Below the pieces are notes generated by a model, which was not told the origin of the DNA, ran no database searches, and saw only the letters and a list, made by a program, of their open reading frames with translations. The position numbers were made by a program, and so were the translations under genes. This document shows positions 9,930-18,768 of a stretch of 43,173 bases of DNA, in pieces; the stretch's first letter is position 1; every line of letters begins with the position of its first letter. The DNA comes from Chloroflexota bacterium. Its GTDB lineage: Bacteria; Chloroflexota; Dehalococcoidia; Lucifugimonadales; Lucifugimonadaceae. The stretch lies in NCBI GenBank assembly GCA_002730795.1, contig PCAX01000017.1, positions 30,866 through 74,038 on the forward strand, written 5' to 3'.

Positions 9930-9965
9930 ACCTAAAATTTTTATAAAGAGAGAAAAATTTTAGGT
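9930..9965. terminator. Perfect 13-bp inverted repeat between convergent genes; candidate bidirectional terminator
   Basis: ACCTAAAATTTTT (9930-9942), 10-nt loop, then AAAAATTTTAGGT (9953-9965). It starts 2 nt after the stop of the SGNH gene and directly abuts the 3' CCA end of the tRNA at 9966. The stem is very AT-rich, so thermodynamic strength is modest. Confidence 0.4.
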
Positions 9966-10055
9966 TGGCGGAGGGGACAGGATTCGAACCTGCGGTCACC
10001 TTGCGGAGACTCTGGTTTTCAAGACCAGTGCATTAAACCGCTCTGCCACCCCTCC
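9966..10055 (-). tRNA. tRNA-Ser (anticodon UGA), type II with long variable arm, CCA encoded
   Basis: The reverse complement reads GGAGGGG-TG-GCAGAGCGGTTTAATGC-A-CTGGT-CTTGAAA-ACCAG-AGTCTCCGCAAGGTGACC-GCAGGTTCGAATCCTGT-CCCCTCC-G-CCA. It has a 7-bp acceptor stem, an anticodon loop CU-UGA-AA, a long variable arm and a GGTTCGAATCC T-loop. Confidence 0.93.
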
Positions 10056-10097
10056 GTATAGAATCTTCTCTTCATTAGTTGCAACAAACCCAGATTT

Positions 10098-12836
10098 TTA
10101 TTCCATATCTCCCCAAGTTAACCCCGTTTTTGTTTCTACGTTTAATGGTACTTTAAGTTCTATGGCATTAGGCATTAATCTAGTTACCATTTCTTGCATT
10201 TCCATTAACTCTCCGGGCGATATTTCGAATATTAATTCATCATGTACTTGTGCAACAAGTTTTGACAACATATTTTGTAATTTTAACTCCCTATATATGT
10301 TAATCATCGCGATTTTAATGACGTCCGCCGACGTACCTTGGATAGGCATATTTACTGAAGCCCTTTCGGCATTGCCACGGATTCTTGGATTATTTGAACG
10401 GATATCAGGCAAATATCGTCTCCGTCCAGTTATGGTTTCGGCGTAACCTTTGTTTTTTGTAAATTGTATTTGCTTTTCAATGTAGTCGCGAATTCCCGGA
10501 TATTTGCCAAAATATAGGTCTATAAATTCCCTCCCTTGTTCTCTGGAAAGATCAGTTTGCCTTGCTACTCCAACCGGTCCCAATCCATAAATAATGCCAA
10601 AATTTAGTATTTTAGCTATTCTACGTTGATTGGGTTGAACATCTTCTACTCCATATATCGTTTTGGCTGTTGATGAATGAATATCTTCGTTATTTTTAAA
10701 CGCTGAAATTAAAGATGGTTCTTCAGCTAAGTGGGCAAGTATCCGTAATTCAATTTGAGAATAATCAGCAGCAAGAAATTGCCAACCCTTATTATGGTTA
10801 GAGATAAAAGCTTTACGAACGTTTCTTCCAAGGTCACTTCTTACCGGAATATTTTGGATATTTGGATCGTTACTAGAAATACGTCCCGTTGACGTTCCTA
10901 CTTGATTGAAACGCGAGTGTACTCTACCGGTTTTTGTATTAATTTGTTGGGGTAGGGCATCAACATAGGTAGATTTTAATTTTGTTAGTTCTCTATATTT
11001 TAGTATCCCGCTAGATATCTCATATATGCGGTCATCCAATCCAGATGTGTGAATTATATTTTCCAGTGAATTAGAATCCATTGAAAAACCTGTTTTTGTT
11101 TTTCGGGTTTTTGGAGCTCCAAGTTTAGTAATTAAAAGATTGGCTAGTTGTTGATTTGAATTTAGGTTTATATCCTCTTCACCCATCGTTGAAAGCAGTA
11201 CTTGTTTTATTTGAGCTATTTCGGACGACAAATCAACGGACATTTTTTGCAATAAATCAGAATCTATTAACATTCCATTTGTTTGCATTTCTAAAATAAC
11301 TGGTATTAACGGAATTTCTATTTGGTTGTTCACGAATTCAACATTATTCGTAGTTAACAAAGGTGATAATTCGTGTTTTAGTTGTAAAGTAAAATCTGCG
11401 TCAGCACATGCGTAAGGTGTAACTTCGGCAATAGAAACATCTGCCATGGAAATTTGATTTCGTCCACTTCCAATAAGATTAGTTATAGGAGTCATTTCTT
11501 CATTGAATAATTCAAACGCTAGGTTCTTCAATCCAATTGATCTTTTACCACATAAAAAAGCGGCTACCATAGTGTCGAACGTGAGATTTTTTACTTCAAC
11601 GCCTGCGTTTTTTAGGATAGTCAAATCAAAATTAGCATTATGGGCGCAGCATGACAAATCAGGATTGGAAAATAATTTGGATATAAGATCTAAGGCTTGG
11701 TCCTTAGGTATTTGGTCTCCATTTGCGTGACCCAAAGGTATGTACCATGCACTTCCTTTCTTTTCAGAAAATGAAATTCCAACAAGGTTAGCCTGCATAG
11801 CGTTTAGTCCTGAAGTTTCAGTATCGAACGCAAAATCACCACCAGATGTCAATTCATCAATCATTGCGATAAGGGAAGTTTTTTCGGTAATAACTCTATA
11901 ATTTACGTTTTCAGTAGATTTTTTGGTGACATTATTTCCAGAAGACTTTGTTGCCGAATCAGCCTCTGAGGATTCGGGGATTTGACGTATGACACTCCTG
12001 AATTCTAATTGTGATAAAGTTGCTACAATAATATTTCGGTCGTAATTCCCAAATTCAGATTTATCAAAATCAAGGGAAATCGGTGCTGTCCTAACAATTG
12101 TAGTTAACTTCAAGTAGTCATATGCAACTTTTTTGTTTTTTTCTATGATCTCCTGGATTCTAGAGGCGCCCCTCAAAGACGGAATTTCGGATATTTTTGA
12201 GGTATTTGCGAATAAGGACTCAAAGTGACCAAAACTGTTAAGTAATATCCTAGCAGTTTTCTTGCCTATTCCAGGGATCCCTGGAATATTATCGGAAGGG
12301 TCTCCTTCTAATGCTTTTATTTCGGCTATATACTCGGGACCTAGGCCATCATATCTTTCTTTCACAGCACTATCGTCATAAACTCTGGAGTTGCCGAATC
12401 CTGTGTACATAAGTACTCTTGTACGATCATCAACCAACTGAAGTTGATCGGCGTCTCCCGTAAGTATCAAGCTGTCCATATTTAATTTATTTGCCTGGTT
12501 ACTCAATGTTCCTACTAAATCATCGGCCTCAAATCCGTCTAATTCGTAAACAGGTACATTAAAAGAATCCATTATTTTTTTTACGAGAGGAATTTGTTCG
12601 TGTAATGCAGGGTCTACAGGTGGTCTGTGGGCTTTATAGTTTGGGTACAGATCGTCCCTAAAAGTTGGTGCTCGAGTATCAAAGGTCATTACTACGTGCG
12701 ATGGTGAGTGTTCTCGTAGTACTTTAAGAAACGTTGTCAAAAATCCGTAAGCCCCGCGAGTATCTTGCCCCGTTTCCGTGCTTAAGCGTTCCGGTATTGA
12801 AAACCATGCCCTGAAGACCATTGCATGGCCGTCCAT
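10098..12836 (-). CDS. polA: DNA polymerase I (5'-nuclease, 3'-5' exonuclease and polymerase domains)
   Basis: 'DGHAMVFRAWF', 'LEGDPSDNIPGIPGIGKKTA', 'FDTETSGL', 'RVHSRFNQVGTSTGRISSNDPNLQNIP', 'DYSQIELRILAH' and 'QVHDELIFE'. The true start may lie upstream at 12860 (see findings). Confidence 0.95.
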   Translation of the reverse strand: MDGHAMVFRAWFSIPERLSTETGQDTRGAYGFLTTFLKVLREHSPSHVVMTFDTRAPTFRDDLYPNYKAHRPPVDPALHEQIPLVKKIMDSFNVPVYELDGFEADDLVGTLSNQANKLNMDSLILTGDADQLQLVDDRTRVLMYTGFGNSRVYDDSAVKERYDGLGPEYIAEIKALEGDPSDNIPGIPGIGKKTARILLNSFGHFESLFANTSKISEIPSLRGASRIQEIIEKNKKVAYDYLKLTTIVRTAPISLDFDKSEFGNYDRNIIVATLSQLEFRSVIRQIPESSEADSATKSSGNNVTKKSTENVNYRVITEKTSLIAMIDELTSGGDFAFDTETSGLNAMQANLVGISFSEKKGSAWYIPLGHANGDQIPKDQALDLISKLFSNPDLSCCAHNANFDLTILKNAGVEVKNLTFDTMVAAFLCGKRSIGLKNLAFELFNEEMTPITNLIGSGRNQISMADVSIAEVTPYACADADFTLQLKHELSPLLTTNNVEFVNNQIEIPLIPVILEMQTNGMLIDSDLLQKMSVDLSSEIAQIKQVLLSTMGEEDINLNSNQQLANLLITKLGAPKTRKTKTGFSMDSNSLENIIHTSGLDDRIYEISSGILKYRELTKLKSTYVDALPQQINTKTGRVHSRFNQVGTSTGRISSNDPNIQNIPVRSDLGRNVRKAFISNHNKGWQFLAADYSQIELRILAHLAEEPSLISAFKNNEDIHSSTAKTIYGVEDVQPNQRRIAKILNFGIIYGLGPVGVARQTDLSREQGREFIDLYFGKYPGIRDYIEKQIQFTKNKGYAETITGRRRYLPDIRSNNPRIRGNAERASVNMPIQGTSADVIKIAMINIYRELKLQNMLSKLVAQVHDELIFEISPGELMEMQEMVTRLMPNAIELKVPLNVETKTGLTWGDME

Positions 12837-13005
12837 AATTAATAAAGTCTGTTTAGTAATGGCGTTACAATTTTTCCAAATAGCGTTTTGATCTTCGACT
12901 TCAATGATATATCAAAGTGTTCATCAAATAGGAAACTGTAGGAAGTACCAGAAGAACTTTCGGTATTAGAAAGAACAAACTTATGTAGGATCCCAAGCGT
13001 TGAAT

Positions 13006-13635
13006 TTAGCTTTTTTCAGGTAGTGCTGAATCCCTGTTATCCAGCATGTCTATTCCGCCTCGGACTTGAGCAAGGGTTTCTGATACTCGTTCTTCTAGGG
13101 CAAAAAGTACTTCACGGGCGTAGTTGTCCGCGCCACTGCGTCTTTGTTGAATGTCATCCTCAACCTTAGATAACATTGCGTTAACTTTAGTTTCCGCCTC
13201 AGTAATAATTTCATGCGACCTGTCTTCAGCTTCAGTTAGCTTTTGAGATGCTTCTTGTTCGGCTTCTAGTTTTATTGAATCAGATTTTTCTGAGGCGTCT
13301 TTGACTATTTGGGTCTCACTGATTAAATTTTCTGCATCTTCTTTAGCTGATTGAACAATAGAATTACTTTGCTCTTCAGCTACTTTCCTTATGGTATTAC
13401 TTTCCTCATCGGCGTATTCTCTGATTCTTTTTGATTCCTCGTCTGCTTGGCTTATGATTGCCTCTTTTTGCCTTATGACTATTTTAGCTTCTTCCAGTTC
13501 ACTTGGCAGAATTCTAGAGATTTCATCTAACATGGAGGAAATTTTTGTAGTGTTCACAAGACCTCTTGATGTTCCTGGTAAGTTTCTAACTAAAATTAGT
13601 TGTTTTACTTCCTCAATATTTTTTGAAATTGACAT
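13006..13635 (-). CDS. Acidic coiled-coil protein of unknown function (resembles ATP-synthase-b / DivIVA-like coiled coils only in composition)
   Basis: ATG preceded by AAGGAG. 209 aa dominated by E/K/A/S heptad-like repeats (EESKRIREYADEESNTIRKVAEEQSN...). The C-terminal 'ADNYAREVLFALEERVSETLAQVRGGIDML' looks like a conserved module. No catalytic motif. Confidence 0.55.
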   Translation of the reverse strand: MSISKNIEEVKQLILVRNLPGTSRGLVNTTKISSMLDEISRILPSELEEAKIVIRQKEAIISQADEESKRIREYADEESNTIRKVAEEQSNSIVQSAKEDAENLISETQIVKDASEKSDSIKLEAEQEASQKLTEAEDRSHEIITEAETKVNAMLSKVEDDIQQRRSGADNYAREVLFALEERVSETLAQVRGGIDMLDNRDSALPEKS

Positions 13636-13665
13636 TGAATTCTCCTTTTAATAAATTTGGCTTAC

Positions 13666-14145
13666 TCAAAATGTTTTTAATTTTGATAATAGTTGTTGGC
13701 AAACGTTTTGTGGTACCAGGTCGGATATGTCTGCCCCAAGAGCAGCAATTTCTTTCACCCGTGAAGAACTTAGTATTTGGTTTTCTAACGAACTAAATAA
13801 ACAGACAGTTTCAACTGTTGATTCCATGCGCCTGTTAACTAAGGCCATTTCACTCTCGTATTCAAAATCACTTGTGATGCGTAATCCTCTGACAATTACT
13901 TCAGCGCCAACAGATTTGGTGAAGTCCACTGTAAGTCCTGAGTATTCTTTCACTTTAACATTTGGCAAATGCTTGGCTGCATCTTCAATCATTGATATTC
14001 GCTCAGTAACAGTAAATAGTGGAGTTTTATTTGGATTTTTAATAACAGCTAGGGTTAAAATTTCAAACATGTTGGAGGATCTTTCAGCGATATCGATGTG
14101 ACCGTTGGTAACGGGATCGAAAGTGCCTGGGTAAATAGCGTTCAT
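13666..14145 (-). CDS. coaD: Phosphopantetheine adenylyltransferase
   Basis: 'MNAIYPGTFDPVTNGHIDI' (the H/T-x-G-H nucleotidyltransferase motif) and 'RGLR..SDFEYE'. The ORF opens at TTG 14163. ATG 14145 gives the canonical N-terminus and sits 1 nt after the rsmD stop. Confidence 0.92.
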   Translation of the reverse strand: MNAIYPGTFDPVTNGHIDIAERSSNMFEILTLAVIKNPNKTPLFTVTERISMIEDAAKHLPNVKVKEYSGLTVDFTKSVGAEVIVRGLRITSDFEYESEMALVNRRMESTVETVCLFSSLENQILSSSRVKEIAALGADISDLVPQNVCQQLLSKLKTF

Positions 14146-14146
14146 T

Positions 14147-14614
14147 TTATATTTTTTCTCCAAATTGTGCCCTGAATAATGTTAGGGCCGAATCACCGTA
14201 AAATTTCCTGGTAGTCAATATGACTCCAGGAAGTAAATTTGGCAAGGTTGTTTTCCGCGAATGTTCCATAAAAATCATGCTTTTTGGTCTTAGTATATTA
14301 TTTTCTTTTAAACTGTTCATAACTTCCTCAAAAGGATTCTGGTCATAGGGTGGATCGATGAACACAATATCCGCTTGATGAGATATTTTCGAAATTGCTT
14401 TTGGGACCGATCCGTTTATTACATAATTGGTGTTTTTGAAGTTTGATTGATTAAGTAAAAGCTTGATTTTTTCGCATCTTTTTTTATTTATGTCTAAAAA
14501 AATTGCTGAGTTTGCACCTCGCCTTAATGCCGATATACCAAAATTCCCTGTACCGGCAAAAATATCAATTACATCTTTTCCCTCTAGCCCGTTAGGACCA
14601 ATCATCGAAAACAA
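14147..14614 (-). CDS. rsmD: 16S rRNA (guanine966-N2)-methyltransferase RsmD family; N-terminus problematic
   Basis: 'IDIFAGTGNFGISALRRGA' (SAM motif I) and 'VFIDPPY' (DPPY motif IV). The called TTG start removes family-typical N-terminal elements that are encoded in frame upstream (see findings). Confidence 0.85.
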   Translation of the reverse strand: MFSMIGPNGLEGKDVIDIFAGTGNFGISALRRGANSAIFLDINKKRCEKIKLLLNQSNFKNTNYVINGSVPKAISKISHQADIVFIDPPYDQNPFEEVMNSLKENNILRPKSMIFMEHSRKTTLPNLLPGVILTTRKFYGDSALTLFRAQFGEKI

Positions 14615-14897
14615 CGCCGATAAAACTTTTGAAGTCGTAGGTCTTAAATCTTTCTTTGTTCTTTTAAAATAATTTTTTTGAACTACTAATTCTCCTTTGT
14701 TACTTTATTTCTGTTTAATCAACTTATAAAAATAGTGTTAACGGGATTATTACTGGTTAAGATAAATTGTGCTTCTATTTTCTATCACAAGTTTTGTTGG
14801 ATTTGTTGACATAGTGCGATTGCCTAGTCGATTACAACTGCTCGAATCAAAGTAGAATAGAAAAGATTAATTTTATTCACGAAACACAAAAATAATA

Positions 14898-16418
14898 ATG
14901 AGTACAAAGTCAGAACCTCCAAAATTGTTTGGGGAAAAACGCGTAATAAGTGAACGACAAAAAAAGATTGGTCAGTTGAGAAAGATGGGTGTTGACCCAT
15001 ACCCTTCAACTTTTAACAGAACTCATACAATAAAGGAAGCTGTTGCCGAATTTGAAAGGTTGAAATCAAGATCTGACAAATCTCATGACTTGTTGACAGA
15101 GAAACTGAGTGTCGCAGGAAGAATAATCGCGAGACGAGGGATGGGAAAAGCGTCGTTTCTCGATATTAAGGATAATTCTGGACAAATACAATGCTTTGCT
15201 CGCCAAAACGTGATGAAAGGGCAATATGAAATTTTAAGCTATTTAGACATAGGGGATATAGTTGGTGTTGAAGGACCTGTGATGGCAACCCGAAAGGGTG
15301 AAACAAGCGTTGAAGTAACTGGTTTGATTGTATTAACGAAAGCTTTACGCCCATTACCGGATAAATGGTCAGGGCTGAAAGATGTTGAAATCAGGTATCG
15401 ACAAAAATATCTAGATTTAATTTCTAATCCTAAAGCATTATCGAACGCTACTTTGAGACCTAAAATAGTCAGTTCTATACGAGAATTCATGCACCAGAGG
15501 GACTTTATTGAAGTTGAAACACCAATACTTGTACCAGTAGCGGCTGGAGCTCAGGCTAAGCCGTTTGAGACCCATCATAATTCGTTAAATAGAAATTTAT
15601 ATTTAAGAATCGCAACCGAATTGTATTTAAAAAAGTTGATTGTCGGTGGGTTTGAAAAAGTGTTCGAAATTGGGAAACTCTTTAGAAACGAGGGATTAGA
15701 TCAATACCACAACCCTGAATTTACCACCATGGAATGTTATGAGGCATACACTGACTATAATGACGTTATGCGTTTATTAGAGGATCTTGTTTTACATATC
15801 ATTACCAAGGTATCTGCTTCAGATATATTACCGGCTATTGATGGAATACGGCCTGAAATCAATTTAAAACCCCCATGGCCTCGTTTAGATTTGAGACAAA
15901 CGATTATCGAGAGGGTTGGCTTCGACTTTTGTGAACACCGCGATACTGAATCATTAAAATCGGTTATGAATGATTTAAACATTTACGTTGAACCCAGTGC
16001 TAGCTGGGGAAGACTTTTAGACAAAGTCATTTCAGATAAAATAGAGCCAAGTTTAATCCAGCCACATTTCTTGGTTGATTACCCAGTAGAAATGTCACCT
16101 TTGGCAAAACGGAAACTTGGTTCCGAAGGTATTGTGGAACGCTTTGAAGCTTTCGTGTTGGGATCAGAACTCGCTAATGCATTCAGTGAATTAAATGACC
16201 CGCTGGATCAAAGGGAAAGATTTGAAGAACAAGAAAGGTTGAGGGTACAATTTAGCGATGATGAACTGGATAGACTTGATGAGGACTTTTTAATAGCTAT
16301 TGAACACGGAATGCCTCCAACAGGAGGTTTGGGATTAGGTATAGATCGACTAGTTATGCTTATTGCGGGAGAGGAATCCATCCGTGAAATTTTGCTCTTT
16401 CCACAGTTGAGAAATTGA
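14898..16418 (+). CDS. lysS: Lysyl-tRNA synthetase, class II
   Basis: OB-fold N-domain ('GRI...R.MGKASF..I.D..G.IQ'), 'FRNEG.D..HNPEFT..E.Y' (motif 2) and 'GMPPTGGLGLGIDRLVML' (motif 3). Confidence 0.95.
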   Translation: MSTKSEPPKLFGEKRVISERQKKIGQLRKMGVDPYPSTFNRTHTIKEAVAEFERLKSRSDKSHDLLTEKLSVAGRIIARRGMGKASFLDIKDNSGQIQCFARQNVMKGQYEILSYLDIGDIVGVEGPVMATRKGETSVEVTGLIVLTKALRPLPDKWSGLKDVEIRYRQKYLDLISNPKALSNATLRPKIVSSIREFMHQRDFIEVETPILVPVAAGAQAKPFETHHNSLNRNLYLRIATELYLKKLIVGGFEKVFEIGKLFRNEGLDQYHNPEFTTMECYEAYTDYNDVMRLLEDLVLHIITKVSASDILPAIDGIRPEINLKPPWPRLDLRQTIIERVGFDFCEHRDTESLKSVMNDLNIYVEPSASWGRLLDKVISDKIEPSLIQPHFLVDYPVEMSPLAKRKLGSEGIVERFEAFVLGSELANAFSELNDPLDQRERFEEQERLRVQFSDDELDRLDEDFLIAIEHGMPPTGGLGLGIDRLVMLIAGEESIREILLFPQLRN

Positions 16419-16422
16419 AATT

Positions 16423-17691
16423 ATGCTTGATGTAGAAAATATAATTTCTAATCATATTGGAGTTAAACAATCACTTAAACGTAGGGGTGTTGATTTAGAT
16501 GTTGAGCTAATACAATCACTTAATCAAAGCCGAAAAGATCTTATTACTAAATCGGATGCATTGAAGAGCAAGAGAAACAACGTAAGTAGGGTGATTGGCA
16601 ATGAAAAACGTCAACCGACTAAAATAGAGATTGAGGAAATGCGTTCCACTGGGGATGAAATTAAATCGTTAGGGAATGCCCTCGGCAAAGTAAAAACCAC
16701 ACTAACTGATTTACTGTTACCGTTACCTAATATTCCATCAGATGACGTACCAGACGGGTTAGAAGAATCAAAAAATATCGAAATAAAAAGATGGGGGCAG
16801 TTAAGTAAAGTTCATGGAGAGGCCCATTGGGATATTGGGCTTAAATTAGGAATATTGGATATGGAAAGTGGCGCTAGTATATCTGGTTCCAGATTTTATG
16901 TTTTAAAAGGAAGAGGGGCTAAACTTCAGCGAGCATTGAGCGCTTGGATGTTGGATGTTCATACCAACAAAAATGGATACATTGAAATAGACCCACCCTA
17001 CCTCGTTAAACACGATACGATGGTTGGGTCTGGTAATCTCCCCAAATTTAAGGATAATTTATACCATGATGATGAAACCGATTTATGGTTAATTCCAACT
17101 GCTGAAGTTGTGTTGAATGGATTGCATCAAGGACAAATAATTGACCCTTCGATTTTGCCACTTAAATATGTTGCAAGGACAGCCAGCTTTAGGAAAGAAC
17201 ACGCTGCAGCAGGAAGAGATGTTCGCGGGATTAAACGTGTCCATCAATTTGAAAAAGTAGAGATGTTTCGTTTCGTGGAACCTGAAGAAGGAAATGAAGC
17301 GCTCGAACAGATGCTTGATGAGGCTTCTGAGTTGTGCGAAAAATTAGAGTTATCCTACCGTGTGGTCGAGCTTTGCGCAGGAGAACTGGGATTTCAATCT
17401 GCTAAGACTTACGATATTGAAGTGTGGGCTCCGGGTTCTGGAGAATGGTTAGAAGTAAGTTCGATATCAAATTGCAAAGATTTTCAAACAAGGCGTAATA
17501 ATACTAGGTATAGACCAAAAGTTGGTTCATCTACTCGATTCCCTCATACTTTAAATGGTTCAGGTTTGGCGTTACCAAGAATTTGGATAGCTATATTAGA
17601 AAATGGCCTGAAACCGGATGGTTCCGTTACAATACCAGAAGTCTTGCACGACTACACTGATTGGAAACAATTAGATCCAATTTTAAATTAG
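16423..17691 (+). CDS. serS: Seryl-tRNA synthetase
   Basis: N-terminal coiled-coil arm, 'FRKEHAAAGRDVRGIKRVHQFEKVE' (motif 2) and 'TLNGSGLALPR' (motif 3). Starts 4 nt after lysS. Confidence 0.95.
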   Translation: MLDVENIISNHIGVKQSLKRRGVDLDVELIQSLNQSRKDLITKSDALKSKRNNVSRVIGNEKRQPTKIEIEEMRSTGDEIKSLGNALGKVKTTLTDLLLPLPNIPSDDVPDGLEESKNIEIKRWGQLSKVHGEAHWDIGLKLGILDMESGASISGSRFYVLKGRGAKLQRALSAWMLDVHTNKNGYIEIDPPYLVKHDTMVGSGNLPKFKDNLYHDDETDLWLIPTAEVVLNGLHQGQIIDPSILPLKYVARTASFRKEHAAAGRDVRGIKRVHQFEKVEMFRFVEPEEGNEALEQMLDEASELCEKLELSYRVVELCAGELGFQSAKTYDIEVWAPGSGEWLEVSSISNCKDFQTRRNNTRYRPKVGSSTRFPHTLNGSGLALPRIWIAILENGLKPDGSVTIPEVLHDYTDWKQLDPILN

Positions 17692-18764
17692 GAATTTTCG
17701 ATACTTGAATATTGATTAGGGTAGTTGCTAGTGTTGGTTAAAGTTTTTTTTGCATAATTCGGCCAATAAGGGTTTCTTAATAATTCCCTACCTATAAGAA
17801 CTATATCCGCTTCCTCTGTCTCTATTATATTGTTTGCTTGAATTGGATCGGTAATCATTCCCACGGCACCTGTATACATATCTGTTTTTTCTTTTATTTC
17901 TCTCGCGTACGAAACTTGGTAACCTGGGTAAGATACGACCGTATGTTTTGATGAATTGCCTCCCGAAGAACAATCTACGAGATCAACGCCGATTTTAGAA
18001 GCCTTGTTAGACAAATAAATTGAGTGATTAATATCCCATCCATTTTCAACATATTCTGTGGCAGATATACGTATAAAAAGTGGGATGTTATCAGGGATAA
18101 CTCTTCTTACTTCAGCACAAACCTCAAGTGGGAATCTTATCCTATTATCTAAAGATCCTCCGTAACAATCTTCTCTTTTATTTGATAGAGGAGACATAAA
18201 TTCACATGCTAAATATCCATGAGCAAAATGTAATTCTATGACTTGGAAGCCGGCATTTATGCTTCGTGTAGCTGCGTTTGAAAAACGTTTAATAATTTGT
18301 TCGATGTCTGATGTTGAAAGTTCGATTGGAATATCGTAATCATCATCGAATGGTATCGGACTAGGGGCGACTGGAGACCACCCACCGTTTTGTTTATTTA
18401 TTTTGGTTCCTCCCATCCAAGGTTTATCTCTGGATGCTTTTCGACCCGCATGGGCTAACTGTATTGCCGGTACAGACCCCTGCGTTTTTATAAAATCGGT
18501 TATTTTTAAAAATGAATGTACATGGTCATCATCCCAAATACCGAGGTCCCAAGGAGAAATTCTGCCCTCCGGTGTAACCGCGGTGGCTTCTGCCATAATT
18601 AACCCTGCTCCACCAACCGCACGTGTTCCTAAATGTACTAAATGCCAAGGTGTCGGATGCCCGTCAGTTTTAGCAGAATATTGGCACATCGGGCTGACGG
18701 CGATTCTGTTTTTTGTTGTCACTCCCCTGATTGACAAAGGACTGAACAATTTTATATTTGACAT
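17688..18764 (-). CDS. NADPH-dependent FMN oxidoreductase, Old Yellow Enzyme family (YqjM/NamA-like)
   Basis: 'LFSPL.IRG...KNRI.VSPMCQYS', 'HL..RA.GGAGL...EATAV...GRI' and 'HAGRK' are the OYE signature. Its TAA stop overlaps the serS TAG stop on the other strand (TTAG at 17688-17691). Confidence 0.88.
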   Translation of the reverse strand: MSNIKLFSPLSIRGVTTKNRIAVSPMCQYSAKTDGHPTPWHLVHLGTRAVGGAGLIMAEATAVTPEGRISPWDLGIWDDDHVHSFLKITDFIKTQGSVPAIQLAHAGRKASRDKPWMGGTKINKQNGGWSPVAPSPIPFDDDYDIPIELSTSDIEQIIKRFSNAATRSINAGFQVIELHFAHGYLACEFMSPLSNKREDCYGGSLDNRIRFPLEVCAEVRRVIPDNIPLFIRISATEYVENGWDINHSIYLSNKASKIGVDLVDCSSGGNSSKHTVVSYPGYQVSYAREIKEKTDMYTGAVGMITDPIQANNIIETEEADIVLIGRELLRNPYWPNYAKKTLTNTSNYPNQYSSIENS

Positions 18765-18768
18765 CTAA

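Noticed and set aside
14806-14858. TTGACA (14806-14811) and TAGAAT (14853-14858) upstream of lysS as a promoter pair
   Set aside because: The two hexamers are 41 nt apart, so they cannot be one promoter. Neither has a convincing partner at 16-18 nt spacing, which is too weak to call.
14615-14897. Possible T-box leaders upstream of lysS (and serS, tyrS)
   Set aside because: No T-box consensus (…GGTGGTACCGCG…) is visible in the lysS upstream region. serS follows lysS by 4 nt, and tyrS has only ~40 nt of upstream spacer.
17688-17691. serS and OYE-gene stop codons overlap on opposite strands (TTAG)
   Set aside because: This is a real but trivial consequence of genome compaction. No regulatory inference is justified.
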